From IMG/VR virus record IMGVR_UViG_3300044630_006877: a stretch of 64,000 nt of DNA; one strand, 5' to 3'. This DNA is from an uncultured virus (IMG/VR IMGVR_UViG_3300044630_006877) (taxonomy: Duplodnaviria; Heunggongvirae; Uroviricota; Caudoviricetes). The notes under the pieces are model-generated. The model worked only from the letters and a program-made list of their open reading frames with translations, ran no database searches and had not been told where the DNA came from. Positions 8,723 through 18,843 of this stretch are shown here, piece by piece. Every line of letters starts with the position of its first letter. Position 1 is the stretch's first letter. The position numbers and the translations under genes are program-made.

Positions 8723-9100
8723 ATGAAACGATTTGCTTTTGGTCTTTTGGCTTTGGCTATCCTGTCTTCTGCGGTTTCGGCCGGACCTTTTGGTCACAGG
8801 AAAGTTGCCGTTGTCTCTAAGCCTAGCGTTAATAACACGGTAACCAAAACCCAGACCACCACCACTACGACCACAACGAATACCAGCACCTCGTCAGCAC
8901 AAGGCGTTGCCAATCTGATCGTCGTGAGCGGACGTTTTCGACATTGGGGCGGTTACAATGGGTACGAGGGCATCGGTATGGGGCCTACCCCAGAGACTGC
9001 CCTAAGAAATTGCTGTTTCTTTGGACGCTTTCAAATTGCTGATGTAGGCTACGCACAAAAACCAAACGGTTCTTGGGTTGCTGTAGCTAGGTATCGGTAA
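8723..9100 (+). CDS. secreted protein with Thr linker and CAP/SCP-like C-terminal domain
   Basis: Signal peptide MKRFAFGLLALAILSSAVSA; H.GG..YEGIG...NCCF...GYAQ..NG.W.A.ARY; GAGG RBS. Confidence 0.6.
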   Translation: MKRFAFGLLALAILSSAVSAGPFGHRKVAVVSKPSVNNTVTKTQTTTTTTTTNTSTSSAQGVANLIVVSGRFRHWGGYNGYEGIGMGPTPETALRNCCFFGRFQIADVGYAQKPNGSWVAVARYR

Positions 9101-9152
9101 TTTTCTGCGTCTTGACACTAAGGTCGCTTTGCCTGTTTTGAGATCCGGCTAT

Positions 9153-9617
9153 ATGACCGAAGAAATTCTTTGGCATGATTTTTTTGAGTACTCTGACGGA
9201 TTCCTGTATTGGAAAGTCAGACCAAGCAATCGTGTCAGAATTGGTCAAAAAGCCGGATCTAAAACTTCCCATGGATATTTGATGGTTAATTTCCAGGGGA
9301 AGGGCGAAAGGCAGCCAAAATATGTGCATAGGATTGTCTGGGAAATGCACTTCGGTTTTATTCCGGAGGGTATGGTGATAGACCACATTAATCGCAATAG
9401 GTCTGATAACAGGATCAAAAATTTGCGCGTGGTTACGCCGTGTGAAAACACACAAACAGACGATGGAAAATGCGTTTATTTTGATGCTAGGAGATCCAAC
9501 CAGAAAAAACCTTGGTATGCCAAGTTTAAGCGGAACGGAAAAGGCTTCTTTAAGACTTTTGGGTCCGAACAAGAAGCTGAAAGTTGGGTTGCTTCTGTAA
9601 GAGCAGTTACAGCGTGA
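9153..9617 (+). CDS. HNH homing endonuclease (HNH plus AP2-like)
   Basis: VHRIVWEMH.G.IPEGMVIDHINRNRSDNRIKNLR; WYAKF...G.F..EQEA. Confidence 0.85.
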   Translation: MTEEILWHDFFEYSDGFLYWKVRPSNRVRIGQKAGSKTSHGYLMVNFQGKGERQPKYVHRIVWEMHFGFIPEGMVIDHINRNRSDNRIKNLRVVTPCENTQTDDGKCVYFDARRSNQKKPWYAKFKRNGKGFFKTFGSEQEAESWVASVRAVTA

Positions 9618-9803
9618 CACCTAATAAGGTGGAGATCGTTGATGCAACTCCAACCTCCCGCAATGGTTTGTTGAACGGAAGGAGTCCTTTGATGAACAAG
9701 ATCAGACAACGAATTGTACGTAGGAAGCAGATCATTGCAGCCCTGAATAAAATAGGGGCAAAGCAGGGGCCTGTTGCTCGATAGAACAAATCGAGTTCTT
9801 CCA

Positions 9804-9836
9804 GGGCGGTGACCACAAAGGTCGCCGCCTTTTTTA
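9804..9836 (+). terminator. rho-independent terminator
   Basis: ggcggtgacc-acaaa-ggtcgccgcc followed by T6. Confidence 0.7.
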
Positions 9837-9852
9837 TTGGAGTTTTTTGCAA

Positions 9853-10380
9853 ATGTACATTATGCGCCCCAACGACGGCTACAAACAGTCGCTGCGTGAT
9901 TTGGCGAAGACGCTTTTGCAGAAAGGCGAAGTGCGCCATTTTGTTGAAATTGGTTGTTTCTCCGGCGAATCCGCAGTCATCTGGCATGAGTCTTTGCCCG
10001 ACTCCACCATCTGGTGCATCGACCCGTGGATGCCAGGCTACGACCCGAACGATGTTGCCAGCAGCGAAAACATGTCTGCCGTAGAGAAAACTTTTGACCA
10101 ACGCACTTTTGATTGTCACAGACTGGTCAAGATGAAAGGCGTGTCAGAAGCCTTCAAGGATCAACCCTGCCTGCAATCAATCGATGTCGCCTACATCGAT
10201 GCCATGCACACCTACGAGGGCGTGAAGGCAGACATCGAGTTCTGGTTACCCCGCTGCAAATTGGCCATCACAGGACACGATTACAACGGTGGTTGGCCTG
10301 GCGTCATCAAGGCTGTCAATGAGGTAATTGGCAGACCTGATCAAATTTTCCCCGACAGTTCCTGGTTGAAGTGGATTTAA
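9853..10380 (+). CDS. class I SAM-dependent methyltransferase (Methyltransf_24-like)
   Basis: VEIGCFSGES, IDPW, YIDAMHTYEGVKADI, GHDY. Confidence 0.85.
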   Translation: MYIMRPNDGYKQSLRDLAKTLLQKGEVRHFVEIGCFSGESAVIWHESLPDSTIWCIDPWMPGYDPNDVASSENMSAVEKTFDQRTFDCHRLVKMKGVSEAFKDQPCLQSIDVAYIDAMHTYEGVKADIEFWLPRCKLAITGHDYNGGWPGVIKAVNEVIGRPDQIFPDSSWLKWI

Positions 10381-10459
10381 TCATCCTCGGAATTTTGTCT
10401 TGATCTTCGTGTTGATGCGCACCCATTCTCTCTTAGTGGCCCGTGTTTAAGGAGAAACG

Positions 10460-10798
10460 ATGGAAGAAATCCATTTGCGGTTGAAGAAGGCTGTCGATTT
10501 TGCCTCGCCTTTGGAGAAATTTAGAGAAGCCGTCGGTGGCGTATCCGTCGAACTCGACAAGTTTGACATTGATTTCATCCTCGTTTGCCGCGATCTACTC
10601 CCCCAGCTTCTCAAGATAAATTCCGATCTGATGGATCAGGTCGGCGAATTAGAGTGCGAGATAGAAGCAGCGGAGTGGATAGTGGAGGATGTGACCGACG
10701 AGAATCTTGGACTTATGGCCAAGATTGAAGAACTGGAAGAGCGCATCGCCATCATGTCTGAAAACCAGACCATTCATCCAGAAGGGTGGGATGGATGA
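10460..10798 (+). CDS. coiled-coil hypothetical protein
   Basis: AAGGAG RBS. Confidence 0.55.
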   Translation: MEEIHLRLKKAVDFASPLEKFREAVGGVSVELDKFDIDFILVCRDLLPQLLKINSDLMDQVGELECEIEAAEWIVEDVTDENLGLMAKIEELEERIAIMSENQTIHPEGWDG

Positions 10799-11253
10799 GC
10801 CGCAAAAAGATGGAGTATCTCAGGGCTTGCGAGAGAGGCACCCGCATGGCGGGCGTGAGATTGCTGCGTGGTCGAGCAGTCAAGGGTGAAGACGGGCGTT
10901 TCGTGACCAAGCTGACGATTGGGTATCACTCAAGCCAGGAAGATGCTGACGGCTTTTTGGAAATCATCAAGGTCATGATGAATTCCCAGGGTGGTCGGAC
11001 AACTGATTATTTCCAGTGGGGATTTGCTGTTGCTGGAGATGATGATTACGGCAATTCCTATTTCAAAGTAGTCCCGCTTGATTATTACGAACGAAATCGG
11101 TCTTTTGATGGTAACCCCTTCCCTTATTTTCAACTGCCTGGTTCGCTTGGGTTTGTCCACGAGAGCGGATCGATCTTTAGATATGGCGGCGACGAGATAG
11201 AGGGAAGGGCCATTCTTATCCGGGTGGGACTCAAGGAGCTTGACCGTGAATGA
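10795..11253 (+). CDS. hypothetical protein
   Basis: ATGA-coupled ORF. Confidence 0.5.
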   Translation: MSRKKMEYLRACERGTRMAGVRLLRGRAVKGEDGRFVTKLTIGYHSSQEDADGFLEIIKVMMNSQGGRTTDYFQWGFAVAGDDDYGNSYFKVVPLDYYERNRSFDGNPFPYFQLPGSLGFVHESGSIFRYGGDEIEGRAILIRVGLKELDRE

Positions 11254-11515
11254 TCTTGAAGGAATTCTTTTGTGTGATGGCTTAGAAGATGCTTTGATTG
11301 GGGTTTCGTATCGGTTCAATCAACCGCCGATCGCCGTTTACGACATTGAAAAAATTATTGCTCTTTACATGGATCGCGATGGCATGTCTGACGAAGAAGC
11401 TCGGGAATTTTTTGAATTCAATGTGATTGGTGCGTGGGTTGGTGAAAGAACACCAGCTTTTATTTCTGTCATGGGGGTAGATGAGTTAAATTCGGCAATT
11501 GAGGAAAGCTTCTAG
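11240..11515 (+). CDS. conserved phage protein (DGLEDALIG...EEAREFFEFNVIGAWVGERTP family)
   Basis: Motif pattern recalled from many aquatic phages. Confidence 0.7.
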   Translation: MTVNDLEGILLCDGLEDALIGVSYRFNQPPIAVYDIEKIIALYMDRDGMSDEEAREFFEFNVIGAWVGERTPAFISVMGVDELNSAIEESF

Positions 11516-11622
11516 TAATTTTTTAACTTTACTAACAAAAATCCTTGTAATCACCCCACTAAAAACATTACACTGGGTTTGTGGGGGGATGATTCGTTTA
11601 TGATTTCTATTGGAGTTTGGGG

Positions 11623-12042
11623 GTGTACCAAATTCGCTTTGATAATGGTCGTTTTTACCTGTGTGATGAATCGGGTATTCCGGCTGTTCCATCTGGCGAA
11701 AACCTAGATGAATTAACCGATGTTCTTCTGGCTATGTTCGCTGCTTTGGAAGCCTCCGAAGCTTATCAAGGCGAGCGAAATTCTCGATGGCCAAAGGTAA
11801 GGAAAGAGCATCTGGCTGCCCATCCATCTTGCGCAGCTTGTGGCTCTCACAAAAGCGTCCAGGTTCATCATAAAAAACCATTTCATTGTGAACCTTGTCT
11901 AGAGTTGGATGCTGAAAATTTGATTACATTGTGTCCTCTCTGCCACTTTTACTTTGGGCATTTGCTCAGGTGGTCAAGTTGGAATACCGATGTAAGCAGG
12001 GATTCGGCGTGGTTTTTGGAAAAGATCGGGAGTAGACCATGA
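11623..12042 (+). CDS. HNH endonuclease (Zn-binding CxxC type)
   Basis: WPKVRKEHL...CAACG...VHHKKPF...NLITLCPLCH. Confidence 0.8.
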   Translation: MYQIRFDNGRFYLCDESGIPAVPSGENLDELTDVLLAMFAALEASEAYQGERNSRWPKVRKEHLAAHPSCAACGSHKSVQVHHKKPFHCEPCLELDAENLITLCPLCHFYFGHLLRWSSWNTDVSRDSAWFLEKIGSRP

Positions 12043-12425
12043 GAAATTGGACGATGTTGTTGTTTTTGGTCGGGTGGGCTACCGCCCTGTGGTTTTTCTC
12101 AATGCGACCGCTTTTTAATTTAGAAATGCGGACAAGTGTGGCTGAAAGCAGCTTGCGTTTTGAGATGCAGCGCGGGCAGTTGCTCAATGATGAGATTTCC
12201 GAGCTTCGGTCTAGGCCGACCTACGAGGATGGCTATAGGGACGCCGTTATTCGTGCCGGTGCGCCAGAAAATGCCAGCACATACAAGGACGGTTATGAGG
12301 CGGCGCTCCTCGTTGTTGGCGACGCCACTTACGCCGAAGGCTATCACGCAGCCATCAAACAATTTGGTTTCCCCGCCCGCCCCAATCAAGCCATCGCCAA
12401 AGCTAGGAAGGAGAACGGTCAATGA
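12039..12425 (+). CDS. membrane-anchored protein with three YxxGYxxA repeats
   Basis: N-terminal TM; TYEDGYRDA / TYKDGYEAA / TYAEGYHAA. Confidence 0.6.
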   Translation: MRNWTMLLFLVGWATALWFFSMRPLFNLEMRTSVAESSLRFEMQRGQLLNDEISELRSRPTYEDGYRDAVIRAGAPENASTYKDGYEAALLVVGDATYAEGYHAAIKQFGFPARPNQAIAKARKENGQ

Positions 12426-12931
12426 GCATTGTTTGCGTTCGCAGCGTCCGTCAGGTCACAGATGAGCAGTATGCTGAGGCTTACCAAAAATATTACGCGT
12501 GTTTGTATAAATCGTCCAAGAGCTGGATCAACAGATACGGTGAGGACGAAGCCATCCACATTGCTGGCATAGCCCTTTGGCGTGCGCTTCAGAGCTACGA
12601 CGAAAGTCGTCGGATGACCTTCATCAGTTATCTGATCAACTGCATCCGCTGGTCCTTTTTGGATCAGTACGGCGACGAAGATAAGAATCTTGTGTTCGGC
12701 ACTGTCGGTGCTGTTGATCCCTCCTACTCAGTTCCAGATCCAGACGAAAGGCCAGAAGCTATCAAGCCACACCTTAATAAAACGGCCAGGAGAATTGTCG
12801 ATTTGGTGAAGGCTGGCAAGAGCACAAATGAAATTTCTGCCGATATGAAATTTTCTCGCCAGAGAGTTCATCAAATTTTTGGTGATATTCGGGCCACCTA
12901 TAACAAGCTGTGTAAGAAGGGAAGAATTTAA
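12422..12931 (+). CDS. sigma-70-like factor
   Basis: IALWRALQSYDESRRMTFISYLINCIRW (region 2); GKSTNEISADMKFSRQRVHQI (region 4). Confidence 0.8.
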   Translation: MSIVCVRSVRQVTDEQYAEAYQKYYACLYKSSKSWINRYGEDEAIHIAGIALWRALQSYDESRRMTFISYLINCIRWSFLDQYGDEDKNLVFGTVGAVDPSYSVPDPDERPEAIKPHLNKTARRIVDLVKAGKSTNEISADMKFSRQRVHQIFGDIRATYNKLCKKGRI

Positions 12932-12954
12932 TTTCTTAACCTTTTAAAAACCTT

Positions 12955-12989
12955 AATGCGCATCCTCAAAAAAAGGATGCGTATTTTTT
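12955..12989 (+). terminator. rho-independent terminator
   Basis: atgcgcatcct...aggatgcgtat followed by a T-run. Confidence 0.65.
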
Positions 12990-13206
12990 ATTGATTTTTC
13001 AATATCATCAATCGCAGTAACGCTTTGTGGAAAATCAATGCGTTCAAACAGAATGACAATTATTCACCCATTTGATCAACCCGAACAATAACCCATACAA
13101 ACATAATTTTTAAAAACCTATTGTTAAAACTGTACAGGTTACTATTATGTGAATGTCGGGAGCAAAAGTTGCAACCGCAAAAACTGTGACATAAGGAAAA
13201 GTCAGC

Positions 13207-14394
13207 ATGAACAGCAACAATGTTCTGGTGGGATCTGGCAAAAGTGGCGACTTTGTTCATCAGGATCAACAGATGGCAGACAAAAACGGATTCAAAAATG
13301 TGTCTAAAGACTGGTTGAAAAAATGCATTTCTTTTGATCAGGGACTAGAAAAACTGTATGATGGTCGCAGCCAAACCGAAGACTTTGAGGGAACCACCTC
13401 TCAGTTCCGTCCCAGTCTGACAGACACTGGCCGATTTGTGATCCGCGATCAGTCCAGCGGTCGTGATTTCAGACCCACCCCACATGCGCTCAGTCAGCTT
13501 TCCCGTTGGGCTGGGGTCGGCAATTTCTTGCCAGCCAAGCTGTTCAACAGTCAAGATGTCCAGGATCACGAAACTCTGGTCCGTGTTTTTGAGAACGGCC
13601 TTCGCCACATCGATGACAACAAGGATCTTTTCTGGCGTTGTCGTCAGGATGGCACTTTGCGCGCTGTTCTTAGTAACCGCTACATGGAAGTGGATAACGA
13701 GTGGTTCTTGAAAACCCTCAAGGAAATCATCCCCGGCGGTATGCTGTCTCACTGGCGTGGCGATTCTGACACTATCTATGGAAATATTTTGATACCAGAT
13801 TCTATCAGAGAAGAATCCGACAGCGACTACGGTGGAATGCTCAGTATCGGCAATTCTGAAGTGGGTACCCGACACCTGTTTTCGTTGCCGTCAGTTTTCC
13901 GGGCAATCTGCATGAACGGCTGCATCTGGGATCAGAAAAAGGGCGAGTCCCTCAAGATGCGCCACAACGGTGAGCCAGACTATGAAGTCTTGTATGTTGC
14001 TATCCGGCAAAATCTGGAAAGTCAAATCCCTCTCCTGCCCCGTGGCATCAATCAATTGCTGGATGCCCGCACCAAAAAGTGGGATGGTGGGATTTACCCA
14101 CTTTTCGCGGCTCTGGCAAGCGAACACAAAATCGCCAGAGAGCCTATCACCAAAGTCCTTGGCGCCTACCAAGAAGAGTTGCTGGTTTCCGACTCAAGCC
14201 GCAACAATTTGTTCGGTGTGATCAACGCCTTTACCCGCGCTGGCCAAGCCCTGTCTAACGACCAATGGTACAGTTTTGATATCCTTGGCGGAAAGCTGAC
14301 TAGCATGTCTTCCAATGAGTGGGAAGGCCTCAAGAATCGCGCCAAAGCAATGAAGTCTGAGACTGTCGATAAAGTCCTCGGATTGGCTTCCTAG
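13207..14394 (+). CDS. DUF932-like phage protein
   Basis: LRAVLSNRY..VDN; GNSEVG...FRAICMNGCIW; NLFGVINAFTRA. Confidence 0.7.
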   Translation: MNSNNVLVGSGKSGDFVHQDQQMADKNGFKNVSKDWLKKCISFDQGLEKLYDGRSQTEDFEGTTSQFRPSLTDTGRFVIRDQSSGRDFRPTPHALSQLSRWAGVGNFLPAKLFNSQDVQDHETLVRVFENGLRHIDDNKDLFWRCRQDGTLRAVLSNRYMEVDNEWFLKTLKEIIPGGMLSHWRGDSDTIYGNILIPDSIREESDSDYGGMLSIGNSEVGTRHLFSLPSVFRAICMNGCIWDQKKGESLKMRHNGEPDYEVLYVAIRQNLESQIPLLPRGINQLLDARTKKWDGGIYPLFAALASEHKIAREPITKVLGAYQEELLVSDSSRNNLFGVINAFTRAGQALSNDQWYSFDILGGKLTSMSSNEWEGLKNRAKAMKSETVDKVLGLAS

Positions 14395-14416
14395 GCTCAA
14401 AACTCAATTCAATTTG

Positions 14417-14450
14417 AAATCCGTCCGGACTATTCCGGGCGGATTTTTTT
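14417..14450 (+). terminator. rho-independent terminator
   Basis: aaatccgtccgga-ctat-tccgggcggattt followed by a T-run. Confidence 0.75.
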
Positions 14451-14598
14451 ATTGGGGAATTAAGAACTTTTTGAGAAATATTTTACTTCTGTGTTTGTTT
14501 GATCATAATGGATTGTCGGCTTGCGGGGGAAGCTGGTCGATAGCATGTTCGATTGTGTGTTAGTTATCGTATTTGATTTAGGGGGAGTATAACAGGGG

Positions 14599-14934
14599 GT
14601 GGCTATGAAGACGAACTATCAGGTTTCGCCGGAAGAGTTTATTGTGGCTTGGGAAACAAGCGAGTCTGTTCCCGAGGTGGTCGAAAACCTCAGGAGGGTC
14701 GCCAAGGCCAAGGGCGCAAAAAGCATGTCGAAAGACATTGTTTTGTCCAGAGCTTCTTCTTATCGAACACTTGGCGTCAACCTGAAAAAGATGAGACGCA
14801 AGCACGGCAAGCCCATTGATGTCAAGGCTTTGAATGTCTTGGTGTCGAGAATCAACCAGAATGGCGGTCTCTTTGACAAGGACGTTGTGGTTGTCGACTT
14901 GCGAAAAATGAGCGCCGATAAGGCCACGGCCTGA
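14599..14934 (+). CDS. hypothetical protein, possibly DNA-binding
   Basis: FIVAWETSES..EV...RASSYRTLGVNLKKM. Confidence 0.55.
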   Translation: MAMKTNYQVSPEEFIVAWETSESVPEVVENLRRVAKAKGAKSMSKDIVLSRASSYRTLGVNLKKMRRKHGKPIDVKALNVLVSRINQNGGLFDKDVVVVDLRKMSADKATA

Positions 14935-15008
14935 TTGCCTGGCGGGAGGTCTAGTTTTCTGGGTGGTGTATTGAATTGTGAACTTGCCCCACCTAGAGGA
15001 CTAGACAC

Positions 15009-15275
15009 ATGCCTGACTTGTATGGAAATCCTGTTGTTTCTGGCCAGATGATTCCGCATGGCAATGAAGCCCTGACGCAAAACACCCAGAACATCACCGA
15101 ACAATTCTTCGTCGATGCCAAATATGTGCAGAAAAAGGAAATATTCGATATTCCTTATGATGTTCTGCCCACCGTGATGGAAGCTGTCACCGTTTCCCAG
15201 ACTAGTATCAAGCAGACCAACCCTCAGGGCATTGAGTCCCAGGGGTTCTTCTGTGTTGGTGACTCCATCCGTTAA
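15009..15275 (+). CDS. hypothetical protein
   Basis: GAGGA RBS. Confidence 0.5.
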   Translation: MPDLYGNPVVSGQMIPHGNEALTQNTQNITEQFFVDAKYVQKKEIFDIPYDVLPTVMEAVTVSQTSIKQTNPQGIESQGFFCVGDSIR

Positions 15276-15289
15276 TTTCGAGGTGTCCT

Positions 15290-15643
15290 ATGGATTTTTC
15301 CATCTTGATCAGCAAGCTTTTTGAAGCTCGTCAAGTCGCCCACAATGCCCATTTAGCCACTCAATCCTATGCGGCTCACAAGGCCATGAATGAGTTCTAC
15401 GACGGCATTCTGGATATTACCGACGAATTGGCCGAGGTCATTCAGGGTGAGTTCGGTCTGCTGAATCTGAATATCCAGCCTATTCCAGCTAATGTAGACT
15501 TCGTAGCTTACCTAAAAGAATTGTGCGCCATGCTGAAGGCGTCCGGCCAAATGATTCCGGGGGTTCAGAGCTACCATCTGAATATCATCGATAACGCCCT
15601 GGCCTTGAGCTATAAGACTCTTTACCTGTTGACGCTTTCGTGA
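15290..15643 (+). CDS. Dps/ferritin-like phage protein (DUF5856-like)
   Basis: AHNAHLATQSYAAHKAMNEFYD...DELAE..QG; KTLYLLTLS. Confidence 0.75.
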   Translation: MDFSILISKLFEARQVAHNAHLATQSYAAHKAMNEFYDGILDITDELAEVIQGEFGLLNLNIQPIPANVDFVAYLKELCAMLKASGQMIPGVQSYHLNIIDNALALSYKTLYLLTLS

Positions 15644-15840
15644 GCCTGGTCGAAGGCAGAGACTATTATTTAGAAGACGGAAGTTATGTCCTGACAAGGA
15701 CTTACCTTCTTTCGCGAGGAAAATGTTGCCATGCCGGGTGCCGCAACTGTCCTTATGCGGTCAATATGGGTAGGAGGACTTCGGATGAGCCAGATTGTTT
15801 ACTTTGTGAAGGCAGCGAAAAGGCCATCGACCCGGTTTGA
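15640..15840 (+). CDS. DUF5522-like Cys-rich small protein
   Basis: DYYLEDG..VLT..YLL.RG.CC..GCRNCPY. Confidence 0.75.
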   Translation: MSLVEGRDYYLEDGSYVLTRTYLLSRGKCCHAGCRNCPYAVNMGRRTSDEPDCLLCEGSEKAIDPV

Positions 15841-16051
15841 TACCGCTATCGAGAGCTTGATTTATTCCTTGATGCCCGAGGGGCCTGTCTCAGCCCGGCA
15901 AATGGCCGAGATTGTATTGTCTTGGGTCGAGGTTCATCCAGAAGACGGACCCATCCACGGCAAGGCCAAGCAGATCAATCTAGCCATGGAAAATCTACTC
16001 ATTCGTGGGTGGATTCAGACATCTATTTTGAGGGCTATTGCGGCTGTATGA
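15785..16051 (+). CDS. hypothetical protein
   Basis: AGGAGG RBS. Confidence 0.5.
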   Translation: MSQIVYFVKAAKRPSTRFDTAIESLIYSLMPEGPVSARQMAEIVLSWVEVHPEDGPIHGKAKQINLAMENLLIRGWIQTSILRAIAAV

Positions 16052-16105
16052 CGGTGTATTTCTGGATAGGTATTCTTCCTATCTGGCGACACTGGGGGTA
16101 CGGCT

Positions 16106-16402
16106 ATGGACACACAGACTGCTCTGCAAATCCTTGAGCGATTTGGTCTGCCAATCTTTCTCCTCTGTGTCTGTGGTTTTGCCCTGTACAGGGCCGGGAT
16201 ATGGGCGGCAAACAAGATATTTGTCCCGGTCGCCGAACGACACATCAAATTCTTGGACGATGTTAGCTGCGCAGTCGACAAAATCTCCGTCAACCAAGAA
16301 AACTTGGTTCGGAACATGAACGATCTGAGCAGCCATGTCAAAAGCCACAGCCGTCGCATGTCTTCTTTGGAAAAAGTTACCGAAGAGAGCACCATTAACT
16401 AA
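16106..16402 (+). CDS. small membrane protein, holin-like
   Basis: ERFGLPIFLLCVCGFALY TM segment followed by a coiled coil. Confidence 0.5.
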   Translation: MDTQTALQILERFGLPIFLLCVCGFALYRAGIWAANKIFVPVAERHIKFLDDVSCAVDKISVNQENLVRNMNDLSSHVKSHSRRMSSLEKVTEESTIN

Positions 16403-16413
16403 GGGGGTGGCCC

Positions 16414-16587
16414 GTGTGTGCCGTTTACGAGGTGCATGGGACTCCACCGGAGAAAAATCGATCCGTCCGCCTTGCCACATTTCCCGACCGCGGTATCAAT
16501 TGGCAAAAGGCTTGGAAAAAAGCTCAGGAATTTATGGATGACGGATATCGTAATGTTCGAGTCATTGAAGTCCCAAGCAACCAATAA
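16414..16587 (+). CDS. small hypothetical protein (57 aa, not in ORF track)
   Basis: Manual translation MCAVYEVHGTPPEKNRSVRLATFPDRG...VIEVPSNQ; GGGGG RBS. Confidence 0.45.
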   Translation: MCAVYEVHGTPPEKNRSVRLATFPDRGINWQKAWKKAQEFMDDGYRNVRVIEVPSNQ

Positions 16588-16659
16588 TTGATCGTTTGTA
16601 ATATCCGACCTATCATCCTGTTAGGAAAAGCAATTTTGCTTCCTAACAGGATTTTTTTT

Positions 16660-17376
16660 GTGATCTACCCAAAGATTAGTTGCTTGTGTCCCACCTATGG
16701 CCGCCCTCACGCTTTGGAGGAGGCTGTCCACTCATTTCTGATCCAGGATTATCCTGGCGAAAAAGAACTGGTCATCATCAACGATCTTCCGGATCAACAA
16801 CTCCACTTCAAGCATCCGCAAGTCAAGATAGTCAATCTGCCCAACCGTATCACCAATCTCGGCGAGAAGTTCAACCTGACGGCGCTGGAAGCAACCGGCG
16901 AAGTTTTTGCCGTCTGGGATGATGACGATATCTTCTTGCCCCACCGCCTGACCTACTCGTTCGAGAGAATGTGGCAGGGGCTATTCCATACGGGGCTTGG
17001 CTTCTACGAGGTTGGCCCACAGCATATCGAGCATTCCCAGAACCTTTTCCATTCTTGTCTGATGCTCACCAAGAAGGCCTTTTGGGATGTCGGCGGGTAT
17101 CGACGGGTCGACTGGTGCGGGGCGGACACCCTGCTCTTTCAGGATCTGATCGCTAAATACGGCGAATTCTCCAGGATTATCCCCGACCAAGACCGCTTTT
17201 ACATCTACCGTTGGTCCACCGTGCAGTCTTATCACGTCAGCGGATGGTCTTCCGAGCAGGTTTCCTCTCTGGTCGAGGACTTCGTCAAAGAACGCATTCA
17301 GTCTGGACAGCTTCAGTCCGGCGCGGTTGAGCTTCGCCCACACTGGTCGTATGACTACACGGAGTTTCTCCCTTGA
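16660..17376 (+). CDS. glycosyltransferase family 2
   Basis: ISCLCPTYGR, ELVIIND, WDDDD. Confidence 0.85.
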   Translation: MIYPKISCLCPTYGRPHALEEAVHSFLIQDYPGEKELVIINDLPDQQLHFKHPQVKIVNLPNRITNLGEKFNLTALEATGEVFAVWDDDDIFLPHRLTYSFERMWQGLFHTGLGFYEVGPQHIEHSQNLFHSCLMLTKKAFWDVGGYRRVDWCGADTLLFQDLIAKYGEFSRIIPDQDRFYIYRWSTVQSYHVSGWSSEQVSSLVEDFVKERIQSGQLQSGAVELRPHWSYDYTEFLP

Positions 17377-18449
17377 TCAACGTCTGCTCGCCGGTCAATG
17401 AGTTGGGCTACGGAACTGTTGGCCGCAACCTCGTGAAAGCCCTGATTGAAATCGGTGCGAAGCCAGCCCTTTTCCCCATCGGCAATGCTGCGGTGTCGAA
17501 TGACGACATCGAGGCTTTTAGCAAGGCCGTGGAGAGGGCGAAGTTCTACAACTTGCGTTTCCCGTCCTTGCGGCTGTGGCACGCCTGGGATCTGGCCCAG
17601 CATCCGACCAAGGCGAAGCGTTCGGCCGCGACTTTCTTTGAGCTGGACAGCCTCAAGACGGAGGAGATTTATCAGCTCAGCCAGATGGATCATGTGTTTG
17701 CGTTTGGCAGTTGGGCCGCCGATGTCATGCGCCGTTCCGGCGTGGTCTCGGACATTCAATCCATCCACTGCGGCGTGGATCGCAAGATCTTTAGGGACAG
17801 CCCCCTCCCCCAGGATGGCCCCACCCGATTCATCAATGCGGGCAAGTGGGAACTCCGCAAGGGGCACGATGTCCTGCTCCAGGCTTTCCTGCGCGCCTTC
17901 AGGCCGGACGACGATGTCGAACTGGTCATGCTGTGCGACAACCCATTCCTGACTCCGGAGGAGACCAACGAGTGGGTCAGGTACTACAAAGACACGCCGA
18001 TGGGCAGCAAGATCCGCATCCCCATGAGGTTGGAGACGCAGGATGGGGTGGCTGACCTTTTTGCGTCGACGCACTGCGGGGTCTTCCCGAGCCGCGGAGA
18101 GGGTTGGAACCTGGAAGCTCTGGAGTTGTTGTCGATGGGGCGCCATGTCATCGCCACCGCCTGCACGGCACACCTCGACTACCTGAATATCCAAAACTCC
18201 ACCCCCATCCCGGTCGGTGTTCTGGAGCCTGCCTATGACGGCAAATGGTTCACCGGGCAGGGGAAGTGGTACCAGCTGAGGGAGCCTTCGATAGCAGCCA
18301 CGGCAGAAGCCATGCGGGCCGTCCACGAACGGCGTCAACAAGGAAAGCTGGAGCTAAACGAAAACGGAATCGAGACGGCCAAGCAGCTTTCGTGGGAAAG
18401 TGCCGCCAGAAAAATCTGTTCTGTGCTGGGAGTCGCCGATGTTGTGTGA
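17373..18449 (+). CDS. glycosyltransferase family 4 (GT-B)
   Basis: GKWELRKGHDVLL; FPSRGEGWNLEALE. Confidence 0.85.
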   Translation: MINVCSPVNELGYGTVGRNLVKALIEIGAKPALFPIGNAAVSNDDIEAFSKAVERAKFYNLRFPSLRLWHAWDLAQHPTKAKRSAATFFELDSLKTEEIYQLSQMDHVFAFGSWAADVMRRSGVVSDIQSIHCGVDRKIFRDSPLPQDGPTRFINAGKWELRKGHDVLLQAFLRAFRPDDDVELVMLCDNPFLTPEETNEWVRYYKDTPMGSKIRIPMRLETQDGVADLFASTHCGVFPSRGEGWNLEALELLSMGRHVIATACTAHLDYLNIQNSTPIPVGVLEPAYDGKWFTGQGKWYQLREPSIAATAEAMRAVHERRQQGKLELNENGIETAKQLSWESAARKICSVLGVADVV

Positions 18450-18843
18450 CCTGAAGGTGGCCATCGCTTTGGCCTGCGTGCCGTTTGGGACCGGGAACGA
18501 GATAAAGTTCCTGGTTTCCAAGAACAAGCCTTGCGAGATGCCGACCTGCCCAGCCGTGCCGGGCGAAGACGTCATTCAGACCGTCTCCGATTTCTTGCGC
18601 AGGCTGACCGGCGTTGGGGCCAGGATCATGGACAAGGGCTGGGTTGAGATGCGCCTGGGTTTTGTTGTGACGACCTCTCTTGATCCCTGGTCTATGTTGT
18701 TGATTTATGGCGGTATGGTTCCTGAAGAATTGCCTATTTGTGAGGAGGGTTACGAATGGAAAACGTGGACAAGTCTGGGAAGGCAAGGCGTGGCCGACCC
18801 GCTGCATCTAAAAAATATGCTGATGGCAGCCCAAAAAATTTGA
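18439..18843 (+). CDS. hypothetical protein, possibly a degenerate Nudix fold
   Basis: P....PGEDVIQTVSDFLRRLTGV resembles a Nudix box lacking the catalytic Glu residues. Confidence 0.4.
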   Translation: MLCDLKVAIALACVPFGTGNEIKFLVSKNKPCEMPTCPAVPGEDVIQTVSDFLRRLTGVGARIMDKGWVEMRLGFVVTTSLDPWSMLLIYGGMVPEELPICEEGYEWKTWTSLGRQGVADPLHLKNMLMAAQKI

